Part shown: piece after piece, positions 25,866 to 39,124 of the stretch
Layout: every line of letters starts with the position of its first letter
Numbering within the stretch: position 1 is the first letter of the stretch
From: Octopus vulgaris
Taxonomy: Eukaryota
Length of the DNA: 64,000 bases
NCBI GenBank assembly: GCA_951406725.2
Contig: OX597839.1
Coordinates: 34,968,001 to 35,032,000 of the forward strand
Direction of reading: 5' to 3'
Position numbers and translations under genes: made by a program
The notes under the pieces: generated by a model
Database searches by the model: none
Told to the model about the DNA's origin: nothing
Seen by the model: only the letters and a program-made list of their open reading frames with translations

Positions 25866-26275
25866 GTTGAGATTTACAGTAAAACAAAAGACAAAGACAG
25901 GTGTATAAACAACAAACAGGTGTATCAGTTTAACACTTGGGAAATGGGGAAAGTCTTTTACGTTTCGAGCCTATGCTCTTTGACGGAAAGGAACACGAGA
26001 AAATAAACAGAGAGAATAAAAAACTTTAGGAACTGGCGGTCAATCATGTATATATATATATTTTTAAAATGTGACCTCGTGTGTACCGTTGGCGATTTTT
26101 TCCCTCTGTCTTCCCTTCTCTGGATCTTTCCTTCTCCTATGTTTCCGACGAAGAGCTCCACTCGAAACGTTAAACCCTCCTTCTTTCCTTCTTTCCTGAG
26201 CGTCCAATAATACTATATTTGTTCCACGTCCTCGCGTTGTTGTGTTTTTTTTGTGCTTTCTTGTTTGGATTAACT
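25866..26275. mobile_element. Two related hammerhead-bearing short elements, head to head in (TA)n
   Basis: 25866-26045 (minus; homolog of 58030-58245) and 26070-26275 (plus; homolog of 278-485); motif gttt-CCGACGA-a-gagctccactc-GAAAC-GTT-aaac at 26141-26175. Confidence 0.65.
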
Positions 26276-26689
26276 ATATATATATATATATATACACAAG
26301 CAAAACGCCTCCGTCCAATGGATGGTGCTGAGTTGTCAAACATTTAAATTAAAATTTTCTCAAAACAACTTGTCTGACCATTTCATAGGCCTCTTCTTTG
26401 AGAAACACTGATTTAACCTAAATTTGAGACACCAGCAAAAGAAGAAATAAAGATAGACTTTTTCCTATTCCAAAGAAAAACGATTTTATTCACACAAATA
26501 TGCAACCGAAGAGTTTAAAGTACCAGTAATGATGAGGCTGTTGACTGGGAGAACACAAACATGGTTTAAACAGTAAGCTTGGCAGGAAAGAAACTTGCCT
26601 TTAAGCAGTACAAGAACAGCAAAAATTGGAAGGTGCAGTTATGTACAGTTTGACGAAAGAAAAGCAGGACAAAAACGGCTTTATCGATC

Positions 26690-26853
26690 GCATTCTCACC
26701 TGAAATTGATTTTTGTAATTTTTTCAAGACTTATACACGCCCTGATAACGTCGGTATCTACATATCAAATTTGAGTACAATCAGATGGAGGATGCCCGAG
26801 ATCCTAGAAGACACATACAGACAGATAGACAGAACAGATTTTATATAAGAGAT
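26690..26853 (+). mobile_element. Helitron/Helentron-like non-autonomous end
   Basis: CAAATTTG..AATC..(ACAG)n..TTTTATATAAGAGAT pattern; ACTAGC..CCGG..CCGGG start seen at 14301. Confidence 0.4.
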
Positions 26854-27436
26854 ATTCCCCTCTCGGATTCACTCTCTTACTGCAGCAGTCCTTCATATTT
26901 TCTAAGCCCTCAGAAAGTCTAGCCTTCATCCAGCCCTTTTATTATAAACCCTTAAATCCGAGAACTTTTCAAAACCCCTTCATATATGTTATTGACCACC
27001 CTGGATTTTTCTAACTCGCTTCTGCTTAAATTATGCGAATTCCCTAAGCCATAGGTATGTTCTACTCTCTTTTGTATGAGTGTGTGTCCTGTGGCTGTTG
27101 GAGATGAGGTCAGGCAATTGTTGTGCTGATGATGGCTATTGAGGCAGAAACATGTATCCATGACTCTCCTCTTATCTCCAGACAATAGGACAGTCCTTTT
27201 CCTTAATGGCATGTCAACTTTGGAGAATTCTTGATTTTTGAGGTGATCTCAATTGGTAATTGGTAATTATGACATATTACCAGGAGTGGAGACATGTATA
27301 TATGTGTATGTGTGTATCTGTATCTATATGTGTATATGTATCAATATATAAGTATATTTATATACGTCAACCCTTGTCATGTATATCTACATCACTATCT
27401 TCATACATTCATAAATACACAAGATACATACATATA

Positions 27437-28042
27437 GGCGTAGGAGTGGCTGTGTGGTAAGTAGCTTGCTTACCAACCACATGGTCCCAGGTTCAGTCCC
27501 ACTGCGTGGCACCTTGGGCAAGTGTCTTCTACTATAGCCTCAGGCCGACCAAAGCCTTGTGAGTGGATTTGGTAGACGGAAACTGAAAGAAGCCTGTCGT
27601 ATATATCATCATCATCATCATCATCGTCGTTTAACGTCCGTTCTCCATGCTAGCATGGGTTGGACGGTTCGACCGGGGTTCTGGGAAGCCAGAAGGCTGC
27701 ACCAGGCTCCAGTCTAATCTGGCAATGTTTCTACAGCTGGATGCTCTTCCTAACGCCAACCACTCCGTGAGTGTAGTGGGTGCTTTTTACGTGCCACCTG
27801 CACATATATATATATATGTATGTGTGTGTTTGTGTGTCTGTGTTTGTCCCCCCCAACATCGCTTGACAACTAATGCTGGTGTGTTTACGTCCCCGTAACT
27901 TAGCGGTTCGGCAAAAGAGACCGATAGAATAAGTACTAGGCTTCCAAAGAATAAGTCCTGGGGTCGATTTGCCCGACTAAAAAGGCAGTGCTCCAGCATG
28001 GCCGCAGTCAAATGACTGAAACAAGTAAAAGAGTAAAAGAGT
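27437..28042 (+). mobile_element. SINE A interrupted by an RTE 3' end (27606-27803, minus strand)
   Basis: Same insertion position in the TA tract as at 19821. Confidence 0.85.
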
Positions 28043-28329
28043 ATATACATTTATACATACATATCCTCACATACATACATACACACATACACAACTCTTT
28101 TTTTTTTAGCGTCTGTCTCAGTGGGCGTCGTATCAAAATGTAAGGATTGCAAGAAAACATTTTCCGCTGCCAGGTTACAGCTAACCCAATGGTTATGACA
28201 ATCTACCCTTCCACATTTCATTGAAATCCCCAGGTCAGTGATTTTCTGGGAAACTTTCATTGTCTTACCCCAACTTTTACAGCCCTTCCTGTCGCCTTCC
28301 TCTTACGTAGCATTCCCACAGTTTCCATG

Positions 28330-30240
28330 GCAAAATCTTTCAAAGACGATTGTGTCAACTGCTTATAGCTTATACACGCAGGATTGCTTCTTCATTGTAT
28401 CAAACCATGACACATCCTGATGCAATTCACAATTTTCATTTGATACCTGAAATTATAAAGAGACAAGATTTTTTCCTTTCAAAAGACGACTTCCAAAAAT
28501 GACAGTCTTGCTTTTACCGTTTATAATACACAGCTAGAGTTGTTTGTTAATTGAGTTTGGCCATAACGAATCTTGATACAATACACTCGTTCCATTTCAT
28601 ATTTGAGACCAAACTAATTCAAGATTTATTTTCTTTGAAAAGACAAGTTCCAAGGACGACTGTCTCCCTTTTACTGTTTATAATATTCAGTCTGTTTTCT
28701 TTCTCACTTGTGTTTGGCCATGATACATCTTGATGGAATTCACTCTTTTCATTCGATATTTGAGACCAAATTGATTTTAATATTTTCCTTAGAAGAGAAC
28801 ACTTTCAAATTCTTGACAGAATACACTCATTCCATTCGGTCTCTGAGACTTCTTTTCTTTGAAGAGACGAGTTCCAAGGACGATTGCTTTGCTTTCTGTT
28901 TATAATATTCAGTCAGTGTTGTTTGTTGTGTCCAGCCATGACACATCCTGATGGAATTCATTCTTTTCATTCCATATCTGAGACCAAACCGTTCAAGATA
29001 TTTTTTCTTTCAAAAGACAACTTCCAAGGACGACTGTTTTGCTTTTTCTGTTTATAATATTCATTCAGTATTGTTTATTAATTGTGTTTGGCCATGATAC
29101 ATCTTGATGGAATTCACTCCGTTCATTCGATATCTGAGACCAAATTGATCCAAGACTTTTTTTCTTTGAAAAGACAAGTTCCAAGGACGACTGTCTTGCT
29201 TTTTCTGTTTATAATATTCATTCAGTATTGTTTATTAATTGTGTTTGGCCATGACACATCTTGATGGAATTCACTCTTTTCATTCGATATTTGAGACCAA
29301 ATTGATTTTATTATTTACCTTAGAAGAGAACACTTTCAAATTCTTGAACAGAATACACTCATTCCATTTGGTATCTGAGACTTCTTTTCTTTGAAGAGAC
29401 GAGTTCCAAGGACAATTGCTTTGCTTTCTCAGTCAGTGTTGTTTGTTGTGTCCGGCCATGACACATCCTGATGGAATTCATTCTTTTCATTCCATATCTG
29501 AGACCAAACTGATTCAAGGTTTCTTTTCTTTCAAAAGACAACTTCCTAAACTGTCTGTCTCACTTTTACTGTTTATAATATTCAGGTAGTGTTGTTTCTT
29601 AGTTCAGTTTCGCCATGACACACCTGGTTAGAATACACTCACTCTATTCAGTATTTGAGACTTTAATTCTTTGAAGAGACGAGTTTCAAAGACGACTGTC
29701 TTGCTTTTTCTGTTTATAATATTCAGTCAGTGTCGTTTGTTAATTGTGTTTGGCCATGACACATCTTGATGGAATTCACTCCGTTCATTCGATATCTGAG
29801 ACCAAATTGATTCAAGATTTTTTTTTCTTTCAAAAGACAAGTTCCAAGGACGACTGTTTTGCTTTTTCTGTTTATAATATTCATTCAGTATTGTTTATTA
29901 ATTGTGTTTGGCCATGACACATCTTGATGTAATTCACTCTGTTCATTTGATATCTGAGACCAAATTGATTCAAGATTTTTTTTCTTTGAAGAGACAAGTT
30001 CCAAGGACGACTGTCTTGCCTTTTCTGTTTATAATATTCATTCAGTATTGTTTATTAATTGTGTTTGGCCATGACACATCTTCATGGAATTCACTCTTTG
30101 CATTCGATATCTGAGACCAAATTGATTTCAACATTTTTCTTAGAAGAGAACACTATCAAAATTTGGTCCTGTAACTTTTACTGTTTATATAGATAGATAC
30201 ATTAAGTGTCTTTGTTGTATCTAGCCATGACACCTCCCAG
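28330..30240. repeat. ~157-bp satellite-like tandem array, about 12 diverged units with higher-order structure
   Basis: CCATGACACATC(C/T)TGATGGAATTCA recurs at ~28406, 28561, 28718, 28936, 29092, 29249, 29456, 29613, 29754, 29912, 30069, 30225. Confidence 0.9.
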
Positions 30241-30389
30241 AGGTCTCGCATGTTTTTAACGCTATATTATCATCCTGATTATGTAATATCCATGTTTAAT
30301 GCTTGCATGGGTTGGGACATTTTGGCAGGATTTGAATAGCCCAAGGATTGCATCATATTCTAGTGTTTATTCTGACATGGTTTCTACAA

Positions 30390-31240
30390 CTGGATGCCCT
30401 TCCTAACACCAACCACTGCTACAGAGTGGATTGGGTGCTTTTTCTCATGGCACCAGCAGTTCCCATGTTATCATGCAGCTCAGCTAACTACAAGTTCCAA
30501 GGAAGTGAGGTGTAGGGCTTATGCTAGGGATGAGGGGTTAAAATGTGATAGAAAGGTGTGAGCAGAGCAGGTCCCTGTTTCTGAGAAGTTGCATCACTAC
30601 TCACATTTAGAAGATAACGAGAGAATGATCAGTCGGAGTTGCAAGGAAATAAATGGTGGTGATGGGGTGTCCAGGTAGCCCCTCAGGGCACAGGGTATGA
30701 GCTGGATGCCCTTCCTAACACCAACCACTGCTACAGAGTGGATTGGGTGCTTTTTCTCATGGCACCAGCAGTTCCCATGTTATCATGTGGCTCAGCTAAC
30801 TACAAATTCCAAGGGAGTTGGATGTAGGGCTTATGCTAGGGATGAGGGGTTAAAATGTGATAGAAAGGTGTGAGCAGAGCAGGTCCCTGTTTCAGAGAAG
30901 TTGCATCTCTACTCACATTTAGAAGATAACGAGAGAATGATCAGTCGGAGTTGCAAGGAAATAAATGGTGGTGATGGGGTGTCCAGGTAGCCCCTCAGGG
31001 CACAGGGTATGGGCTGGATGCCCTTCCTAACAGCAACCACTCCTGCAGAGTGGATTGGGTGCTTTTTCTCATGGCACCAGCAGTTTCCATGTTATCATGC
31101 GGCTCAGCTAACAACAAATTCCAAGGGAGTGGGGTGTAGGGCTTATGCTACAGGGTGAGGGGTTAAAATATGATAGAATGATCAGTCGGAGTTGCAAGGA
31201 AATAAATGGTGGTGATGGGGTGTCCAGGTAGCCCCTCAAG
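30390..31240. repeat. 312-bp tandem repeat (~2.7 copies) starting within an RTE 3'UTR remnant
   Basis: CTGGATGCCCTTCCTAACA recurs at 30390, 30702 and 31014. Confidence 0.9.
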
Positions 31241-31664
31241 GTAAATAGAAGTGGATGTGTGGCTGGTAGTGTGACCAAACTGGTTCGAGATCTTTCCAAA
31301 GTTGATTGTTAAAGTTTCAGTCATTACAGAGTTACAGGCAGTATCCAGTCTTCATTGTGTCTGGCCATGAGACAGCTCCTTCCTGTGTCTTGCAGATTCA
31401 TGGGGTCAGTTTCCCATTTCCTGTGGCATTTATACATTTACTTGCTGGATGGATTGCCAGCCATTGCGAGAAAACTCATTTTTGCCAGTTGAGTGGACTG
31501 GAGCAGCATAAAATGAAGTGTCTTGTTCAAGAACACAATGCCTTGTCTAGTCCAGGAATTGAAATCAGTCTCACGGTTATGAGTCCAACACCCTAACCAC
31601 TAAGACACATTCCTCCACCAGGCAAAACATATTTGAATGGAATTGTTTGTTTTCCAGGGCGCAA

Positions 31665-32322
31665 GAGCACCATACATGTGTGATCGTTGCCAGAGCGGCT
31701 ATCTGGCCTCCGTGCCAGTGGTACGTAAAAGATACCATTCGAATGTGATCGTTACCAGCATCACTTTACAGGTACTCGAGCCCTGTGCTTGTAGGGTATT
31801 AAGAGCATCATCCGAGTGTGATCATTGCCAGAGCGGCTATGTGGCCTCCGTGCCGGTGGTATGTAAAAGACACCATTCGAGCGTGATCGTTACCAGCATC
31901 GCCTTACAGGTACTCGAGCCCTGTGCTAGTAGGGTATTAAGAGCACCATCCGAGTGTGATCATTGCCAGAGCGGCTATCTGGCCTCCGTGCCGGTGGTAT
32001 GTAAAAGACACCATTCGAGCGTGATCGTTACCAGCATCGCCTTACAGGTACTCGAGCCCTGTGCTAGTAGGGTATTAAGAGCACCATCCGAGCATGATCA
32101 TTGCCAGAGCGGCAATCTGGCCTCCACCGTGCCAGTGGCACGTAAAAGACACCATTCGAGCATGATCGTTACCAACGTTGCCTTACTGGCACCTGTGCCA
32201 GTGGAATGTGTAAAAGATTCGAGCGAGGTCGTTGCCAGTACTGCTTGACTGGCTCTGTGCTGATGGCATGTAAAAGCACCCACTACATTCGCGGAGTGGT
32301 TGGCATTAGGAATGGCATCCAG
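31665..32322 (+). mobile_element. RTE 3'UTR with expanded 138-bp VNTR
   Basis: About 4 units GAGCACCATCCGAGTGTGATC.. followed by AAAAGCACCCACTACA..GGCATCCAGC. Confidence 0.8.
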
Positions 32323-32527
32323 CTTCTTTTAGTTTCCGTCTACCAAATCCACTCACAAGGCTTTGGTCGGCCCGAGGCTATAGTAGAAGATACTTGCCCA
32401 AGGTGCCACGCATTATTCGATGGTTGTTGACTTCCTTGGGTTCCTCCACCCTTTGACAAGTTTTGATTTCTGTCCAGCAGGATATCCAATAAATCACCCA
32501 CCCCACCAAGCAAGCTTGGCAGGGTCA

Positions 32528-32615
32528 CTGGTTTAGTGACTAAGGACCCAGCCATGCAACAGATTGTACTGAGTTACATATTGCCAGTAGAACTTGGGAG
32601 CCCAGGCACATGGCT
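32528..32615 (-). ncRNA. Candidate HDV-like ribozyme
   Basis: P1 AGCCAUG/CAUGGCU, then GG, short P4, CUAA, P2; second copy at 21423-21506; P3/L3 atypical. Confidence 0.4.
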
Positions 32616-32711
32616 GACCCTTCAAATTATCTATTTAATTGTATATTAATACTGAAGTGTAACACCACGTACGGTGATAAGAAACTGAAACAGAAAAACA
32701 GAGGAATTTAA

Positions 32712-33437
32712 TAAAGATTGTTTGCCAACATAACAAGGCAGTCCTGGTTTAGGATGAATGTTGCTGTAATTTAGCCCCAGGAGACATCGTCTCCAGCTGG
32801 CTATACAACACAATCTGTGTCCTTATATTTTCGAACATATAAGGACACAGATCATCCTTATATAAGGACACAGATCATCCTTATATAAGGACACAGATCA
32901 TCCTTATATAAGGACACAGATCATGTCGTATAGCCAGCTCGAGACGATGTCTCCTGGGGCTAAATTACAGCAACATTCGTCCTAAACCAGGACTGACAAT
33001 GTTATGTTGGGCAAACAATCTTTACTATAAAGTACTGTTGCTGAATATCTCACGTTATGAGATTTAAAAATAGTAATTTTCTAATTTATAGATCAGTGAC
33101 TGTGTGTCACTTTGAAAACTATAGATTTCAAACGGGAATTTGGCAGCACCACCTCTAGCCGAACAGTTATTCTGTGCTGATGAAGGGAAATAACCTGGAA
33201 ATCATGATACACAGATATTGTTTTGAGCTGAGTGGGGGTGCCAGATTCCCTTGTTCTAAAATATAAGGACACAGTTCGTGTTGTATAGCCAGCTGGAGAC
33301 GGTGTCTCCTGGGGCTAAATTACAGCAACATTCATCCTAAACCAGGACTGCCATGTTATGTTGGCAAACAATCTTTACTACAAAGTACTGTTGTTGAATA
33401 TCTCACATTGTGAGATTTAAAAATAGTAATTTTCTAA
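32712..33437. mobile_element. Non-coding element with inverted plus direct partial repeats around a hammerhead (PLE pLTR-like)
   Basis: 32712-32828 inverted versus ~32905-33024; 33260-33437 direct copy of ~32905-33084; 23-bp x4 repeat at the junction. Confidence 0.7.
33171..33215 (+). ncRNA. Type-I hammerhead ribozyme motif, canonical core
   Basis: tctgtg-CTGATGA-agggaaataacctg-GAAA-TCATGA-TA-cacaga: 6-bp stem I, palindromic AUCAUGAU stem III, AUA triplet. Confidence 0.75.
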
Positions 33438-34099
33438 AGGAGTTTAAGTCAAAATAGAAGGATTAACAGAGAATCTTGCCTCTCACAATACGGAAACATT
33501 TCTCATGGCACCAGCAGACAAAATGGAAAAGGCGTTGCTCTAGAGGACAGCGAGGGAGATGCATTGTGGGACAGCTACTCTGTTTCATGGGGGCTCACAC
33601 TTGGCGACAGCAATCTCCACCCCAGTAGTGTGCAGAGATGTAGTCCAAGGGCTAAAAACGCTGGAGGTCTGAGGTCTCAACTGCCACAAACTTGACCATA
33701 AACCTGTTGGAGAATGACCGATACATAGACATCTTGCTTTTTCCAGCCTGACGAGTGGTGGAACCAGGGTTGGTAGCTGACAACATCGAGTTGTCACTGG
33801 AGGAGGTGCCACAGCAGGTGGCGTCCCAGATGAGGAGCCTGCCACCATAGAACAGGAAAATTGTCATACCATCCAGCCTTTTACTGTCCCCTCAGTTTAA
33901 CCCTGCTAGCTCAAGCTGGGAGAGGAAGCTTGTGGCATATAGACTATGCTTTATGATTTTGTTTAGGGTGGTATGGCATGGAAGGCACGACAGTGGGAGG
34001 AGGCTGAAAGAGTCCTCAATGGATCCGCAGTGGCATTTATGAGGCTCTCAAATCTGGAGACCAAGTCTCAGTACATGACTTATATTTTATTTTATCAAC

Positions 34100-34504
34100 C
34101 GCAGGAGTGGCTGTGTGGTAAGTAGCTTGCTAACCAACCATGTGGTTCCGGGTTCAGTCCCACTGCGTGGCATCTTGGGCAAGTGTCTTCTGCTATAGCC
34201 CCGGGCCGACCAATGCCTTGTGAGTGGATTTGGTTGACGGAAACTGAAAGAAGCCTGTCGTATATATGTATATATAAGTGTGTGTGTATATGTTTGTGTG
34301 TCTGTGTTTGTCCCCCTAGTATTGCTTGACAACCGATGCTGGTGTGTTTACGTTCCTGTCACTTAGCGGTTCGGCAAAAGAGACCGATAGAATAAGTACT
34401 GGGCTTACAAAGAATAAGTCCCGGGGTCGATTTGCTCGACTAAAGGCGGTGCTCCAGCATGGCCACAGTCAAATGACTGAAACAAGTAAAAGAGTAAAGG
34501 AGTA
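34100..34504 (+). mobile_element. SINE family A
   Basis: Complete copy. Confidence 0.9.
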
Positions 34505-35344
34505 ACCCCAGAAGGATTGAACGGCAAGGTTGACCCAGTCAGGATTTGAACTTAGAATGTAAAGAGCTGTAATGAAATACTACCAGGCAAGGTTCTTTTT
34601 GTGAGATACTCTGACAATTCTGTTGAATAATTAACTGCCATTTCTTCGTTTGGAATAACAATTTCTCACAGACGCAACAAGAATAACAACATCAATCTCA
34701 GTTAAGGACATCATAAACATTTGTGTGTATTCTTGTACTCTGTTCCCCTAGATCTCCATTCAACAAACACATAACAGAACTTCCCATAAACCTATATTCA
34801 CACACGGAGGCTGGTCTATACTGGTTTGTCTTGAAGGCCAAGAACGGAGAAGCGCAAATCTCTAAAAGACATAGAGTTGTCTATACCGGTTTGACGGAAC
34901 ATCAACTTTTATGAAAAACACACAAATAAACTATTAAATTGTCTTTTTTTCTCATATTTGTTTTTTTCTTTAATATTGTAATTTAAAATAATAATATTAA
35001 TAATATGCTATTGTCTGTCCTTGGCCTGAGGTTTCTAAAATCATAGTAATTTGCAAATGAAACACTTCTGTTTATGCCAAACAGTACCAAAAACCGTTCC
35101 CACTTACAGCTTTGTATTCTGGTCGTTTACCATGTGCGCAGAGAACAGTTGAGAATCAAAATAATGATGTAATGTTTATTCGTAAAAAGTAGCAGGAAAA
35201 AAATTGCCTCCTGGGTGGTTTCCTACAAGAATGTCTCTTGTTTGCTTGTATGAAACTACTGTAACGTGGGATCGAATAAACTCTGGGGCCCTGATTTCTC
35301 TGCAACCCAGAGAAGATGCTGCACGGGTATTGTTAGATGAATGT

Positions 35345-35612
35345 ATAGGGCTGGTGCATAATTAATGCAGCTTTTTCTTTTTTTTTTTTTTAACAAATTT
35401 TATTCAACAAAAACAATAACAACATTTAACAAAAACATCTTTAAATGATGGTCTGATCGTCTGCCAGTCAAATGGGAAACAATATTTGAGGTAGATGGTG
35501 AATATGCTCCGGAACAATCATTTAAAGATATTTTTGTTACATGTTGTTATTATTTTTGTTGAATAAAATTGGTTGGAAAAAAAGCCACTATAATTATGCA
35601 CCAACCCAATAT
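35345..35612. mobile_element. Mariner-derived MITE with long TIRs
   Basis: GG(C/T)TGGTGCATAATTA..TAATTATGCACCAACCC-AATA; spacer encodes DRLPVKWETIFEVDGEYAPE (mariner C-terminus). Confidence 0.85.
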
Positions 35613-35881
35613 ATAACACACAGAAATTTACAGAAATTTCTAGAAAGCTAGTTTTTAACATTGAATGACAATGGGAGTCCACCAGAATAAAATAGTAACC
35701 AAAAAGGGATCCACACAAGCAAAAATGTAAATTCCAGCATGGAAAATGGATGTTAAATGATGATGACGATGGGGATAATGGTGCTGGTGATGGCAATGAT
35801 GATGATGACGACGACGATGATGGTGATGGTGATGATGATGATGGTGGTGGTTGTAAGTAAGCTTTACCATCATACAAGTAA

Positions 35882-36295
35882 GGCGGCGAGCTGGCAGAAA
35901 CGTTAGCGCGCTGGGAGAAATGCCTAGTGGTATTTCATCTGCCGTTACGTTCTGAGTTCAAATTCCGCCGAGGTCAACTTTGCCTTTCATCCTTTTGGGG
36001 TCGATTAAATAAGTACTAGTTACACACTGGGGTCGATGTAATCGACTTAATCTGTGTGTCTGTCCTTGTTTGTCCCTCTCTGTGTTTAGCCCCTTGTGGG
36101 TAGTAAAGAAATAGGTATTTCATCTGCCGTTACGTTCTGAGTTCAAATTCTGCCGAGGTCAACTTTGCCTTTCATCCTTTCGGGGTCGATTAAATAAGTA
36201 TCAGTTACACACTGGAGTCGATATAATCGACTTAATCCGTGTGTCTGTCCTTGTTTGTCCCCTCTATGTTTAGCTCCTTGTGGGTAGTAAAGAAA
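35882..36295 (+). mobile_element. SINE family C with ~185-bp internal tandem duplication
   Basis: GGCGGCGAGCTGGCAGAA head; body repeated twice. Confidence 0.85.
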
Positions 36296-37187
36296 TATTT
36301 ACCATCATACAAGTGATGTTGTTTGTTTGCAGACTTTCTCAAGAACATATCTGGCCATGGAGAAATATTGCCTTGCTTGGAAAGAGGCAAAGTTTGACAG
36401 CAGGAAGGGCACCCGACTATAGAAAACCTGCCTCAGCAAATTTTGCCTGAACCATGCAAACATGAAAAAGGGGACGTTAAAATGATGATGGTGGTGATGA
36501 TGATGACGATGACTATGACGACCATCACAATGATGATGATGATGATGGTGGTGGTAGTGATGATATTAAATTATAAATTCTTTACAAACTTGGCCATCAT
36601 CATCGTCATCATCATCATCAAAGCCATCAGCACTATCATCATAATCACTTAATGTGCTTGTTCTATGCTTGCATAGTTTAATCCCAAGAAATGTATGATA
36701 TGGTTTCAACAGCCTGCGAATAATTCAGTTTTTAAGACAACATACAGTGTCACAAGTACTGGAAGTAAGAACTGTATCTGGTGAAACATATCCCTACTGG
36801 CCTATCAAATCTGCTGATCCCAAGGACAGCATCGTGCTTCAATGTCCCCTTTGGTATGGTTGCTACAGCTTGGTGCCCTTCCTAATCCCAACTACTTTAC
36901 CGGGTTCACTGAATGTTTTTTTTTTGTTTTATGTGCCACCAGCACTAATGAGTTTGCCGGGCAGCTTGCAAGGCTCTGAGCCCTAAAGGGAGTAAATTAT
37001 GAGAGGAAAGGGTCAGAGCAGAACAAGTTTCTTGTTGTAGTGGACTCCCATGTCTACTCACATTTCTGAAAAGAGGGTGGTGAGAAAGTGATAAAAACGT
37101 GTTGATGGTGTGTCAGAGTGGGCCCTCAAGGTATGAGGTGGGGCGGAAGGAGTGGAGCAAAAGTAACAGGGGTCATATACTCACATG

Positions 37188-37905
37188 TATATAATATCTC
37201 ATTAATTATTATTATTTAATATCTGTTATATAACATCTCATTAATTATAATCATTTAATGTCTGGTATATAATATCTCATTAATTATCATTATTTGATGT
37301 CTGTTATATATCTCATTAATTATTATCATTTAACCCTTTAGGGTTCAGATTACTCTGTTAAATGTAATATTTTTTCACTCAAATTGTTTTGAATTAATCA
37401 TGCATTATCTTATAGCTCTGAGGTTTCAATGATGTGATTGTTTATTTTTAGAATGTCAATGTAGGTTAGGTGTAAGAGGCTGGATCTGGCCAGTTTGAAT
37501 ATAAAACATGTGGAATATCTGGGCCAGATAGGGCCGGTTTAAAACTAAAAGGTTAATGTCTGTTATATAATATCTCATTAATTATCATTATTTGATATCT
37601 GTTATATAATATCTCATTAATTATCCTTATTTGATATCTGTTATATAATATCTCATTAATTATCATTATTTGATGTCTGTTATATAATATCTCATTAATT
37701 ATTATCATTTAATAATTGGTATATAATATCTCATTAATTATCATCATTTAATATCTGTTATATAATATCTCATTAATTATCATCATTTAATATCTGTTAT
37801 ATAATATCTCATTAATTATCATCATTTAATATCTGTTATATAATATCTCATTAATTATCATTATTTAATATCTGTTATATAATATCTCGTTAATTATCAT
37901 CATTA
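37188..37905. repeat. ~36-39-bp AT-rich minisatellite split by a TTAA-flanked MITE (37330-37556)
   Basis: Unit TATAATATCTCATTAATTATCATCATTTAATATCTGTTA; insertion TTAACCCTTTAG..CTAAAAGGTTAA (piggyBac-like). Confidence 0.85.
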
Positions 37906-38447
37906 TTGAATGTCCATTTGTCCCTACTGGCACTGGTTGGACAATTCACCAGAACCTGCCAAGTCATAGAACTGCATTATTCTCTGCTTTCTGCTTTGGC
38001 ATGGTTTCTATGGCTGGAAGCCATTTGTGACGCCAACCACCTTACAGAGTGGACTGGGTTCCTTTTTATGTGCCGCCAGCACTTCTGAGATCACCTTGAA
38101 GCTTGCAAGAATGGGGAGAGGGAACCCGAATGGTAGGAGAATGAAGAGCAGGAAGGAGTAAAGTCTGAGAGAGAAAAGGGTTGGAATTGAGCTGGTTTCT
38201 TGCTGTGGAGGCCTGACATGTCTACTCACATTTAAAGGAGAGGGTGGGAGTGAGTGGGTTGAACTGGAAAATGATAAAAAGTAATAGTAATGAGGTGATA
38301 GGGTGGATTTTCAGGGTACAAAGTGGGTAGGAATGAGTGGGCCAATGGGACCAGGTGTGAGTGGGAGAGTAGGGGATGTCTGGTAATATGGAGCAGTTGA
38401 ATAGAGATGATGATAGAGTAAGCAGGAATAAAGAGAATGAATGGGAA

Positions 38448-38485
<38 letters not shown>

Positions 38486-38846
38486 GGAGGGAGAGAGAGA
38501 GACAAAGAAAGATGGTAACAGATAGAATGTTAGATGATGTTCTGATGGGTAGATAGATAGATAGATGGATGGATGGATGGATGGATTGGCAGACAGACAG
38601 ACAAATAGATAGATATATAGATAGACAGACAGACAGACGGACTGATAGATAGATAGATATGTTCCTTTATTAGCCACACAGAGCTGGACACAGACGGGTC
38701 AGATTACAAAGCTGGATGGACAGACAGACAAAAGGACAGATAGATAGATGAATGGACAGACAGACAGATAGACAGATAGACAGGTGGATGGATGGATGGA
38801 CAGACAGACAGATTGATTGATGGATGGACGGACGGACGGACGGACG

Positions 38847-38877
<31 letters not shown>

Positions 38878-39081
38878 AGGTGGATGGATGGATGGATGGA
38901 TGGATGGATGGACAGACAAATAGATAGATAGATAGATAGATAGATGGATGGATGGATGGATGGATGGATGGATGGATGGTTGGATGGATGGATGGATGGA
39001 TGGATGGATGGATGGACAGACAGACAGACAGATAGGTAGACAGACAGATAGACAGACATATAGGTAGACAGACAGACAGAC

Positions 39082-39124
<43 letters not shown>

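Noticed and set aside
28330-30240. CRISPR-like or coding interpretation of the tandem arrays (also 62585-63015 and 6612-6743)
   Set aside because: Eukaryotic context, whole units repeat with no unique spacers, no cas genes, no sustained ORF
31637-32248. 203-aa Cys-rich repeat ORF
   Set aside because: In-frame reading of the 138-bp VNTR in a LINE 3'UTR; related units elsewhere do not keep frame
33500-34080. GC-richer segment as a host exon or LINE ORF1
   Set aside because: Stops interrupt the frames examined and no recognisable motif; probably a decayed TE but not assignable
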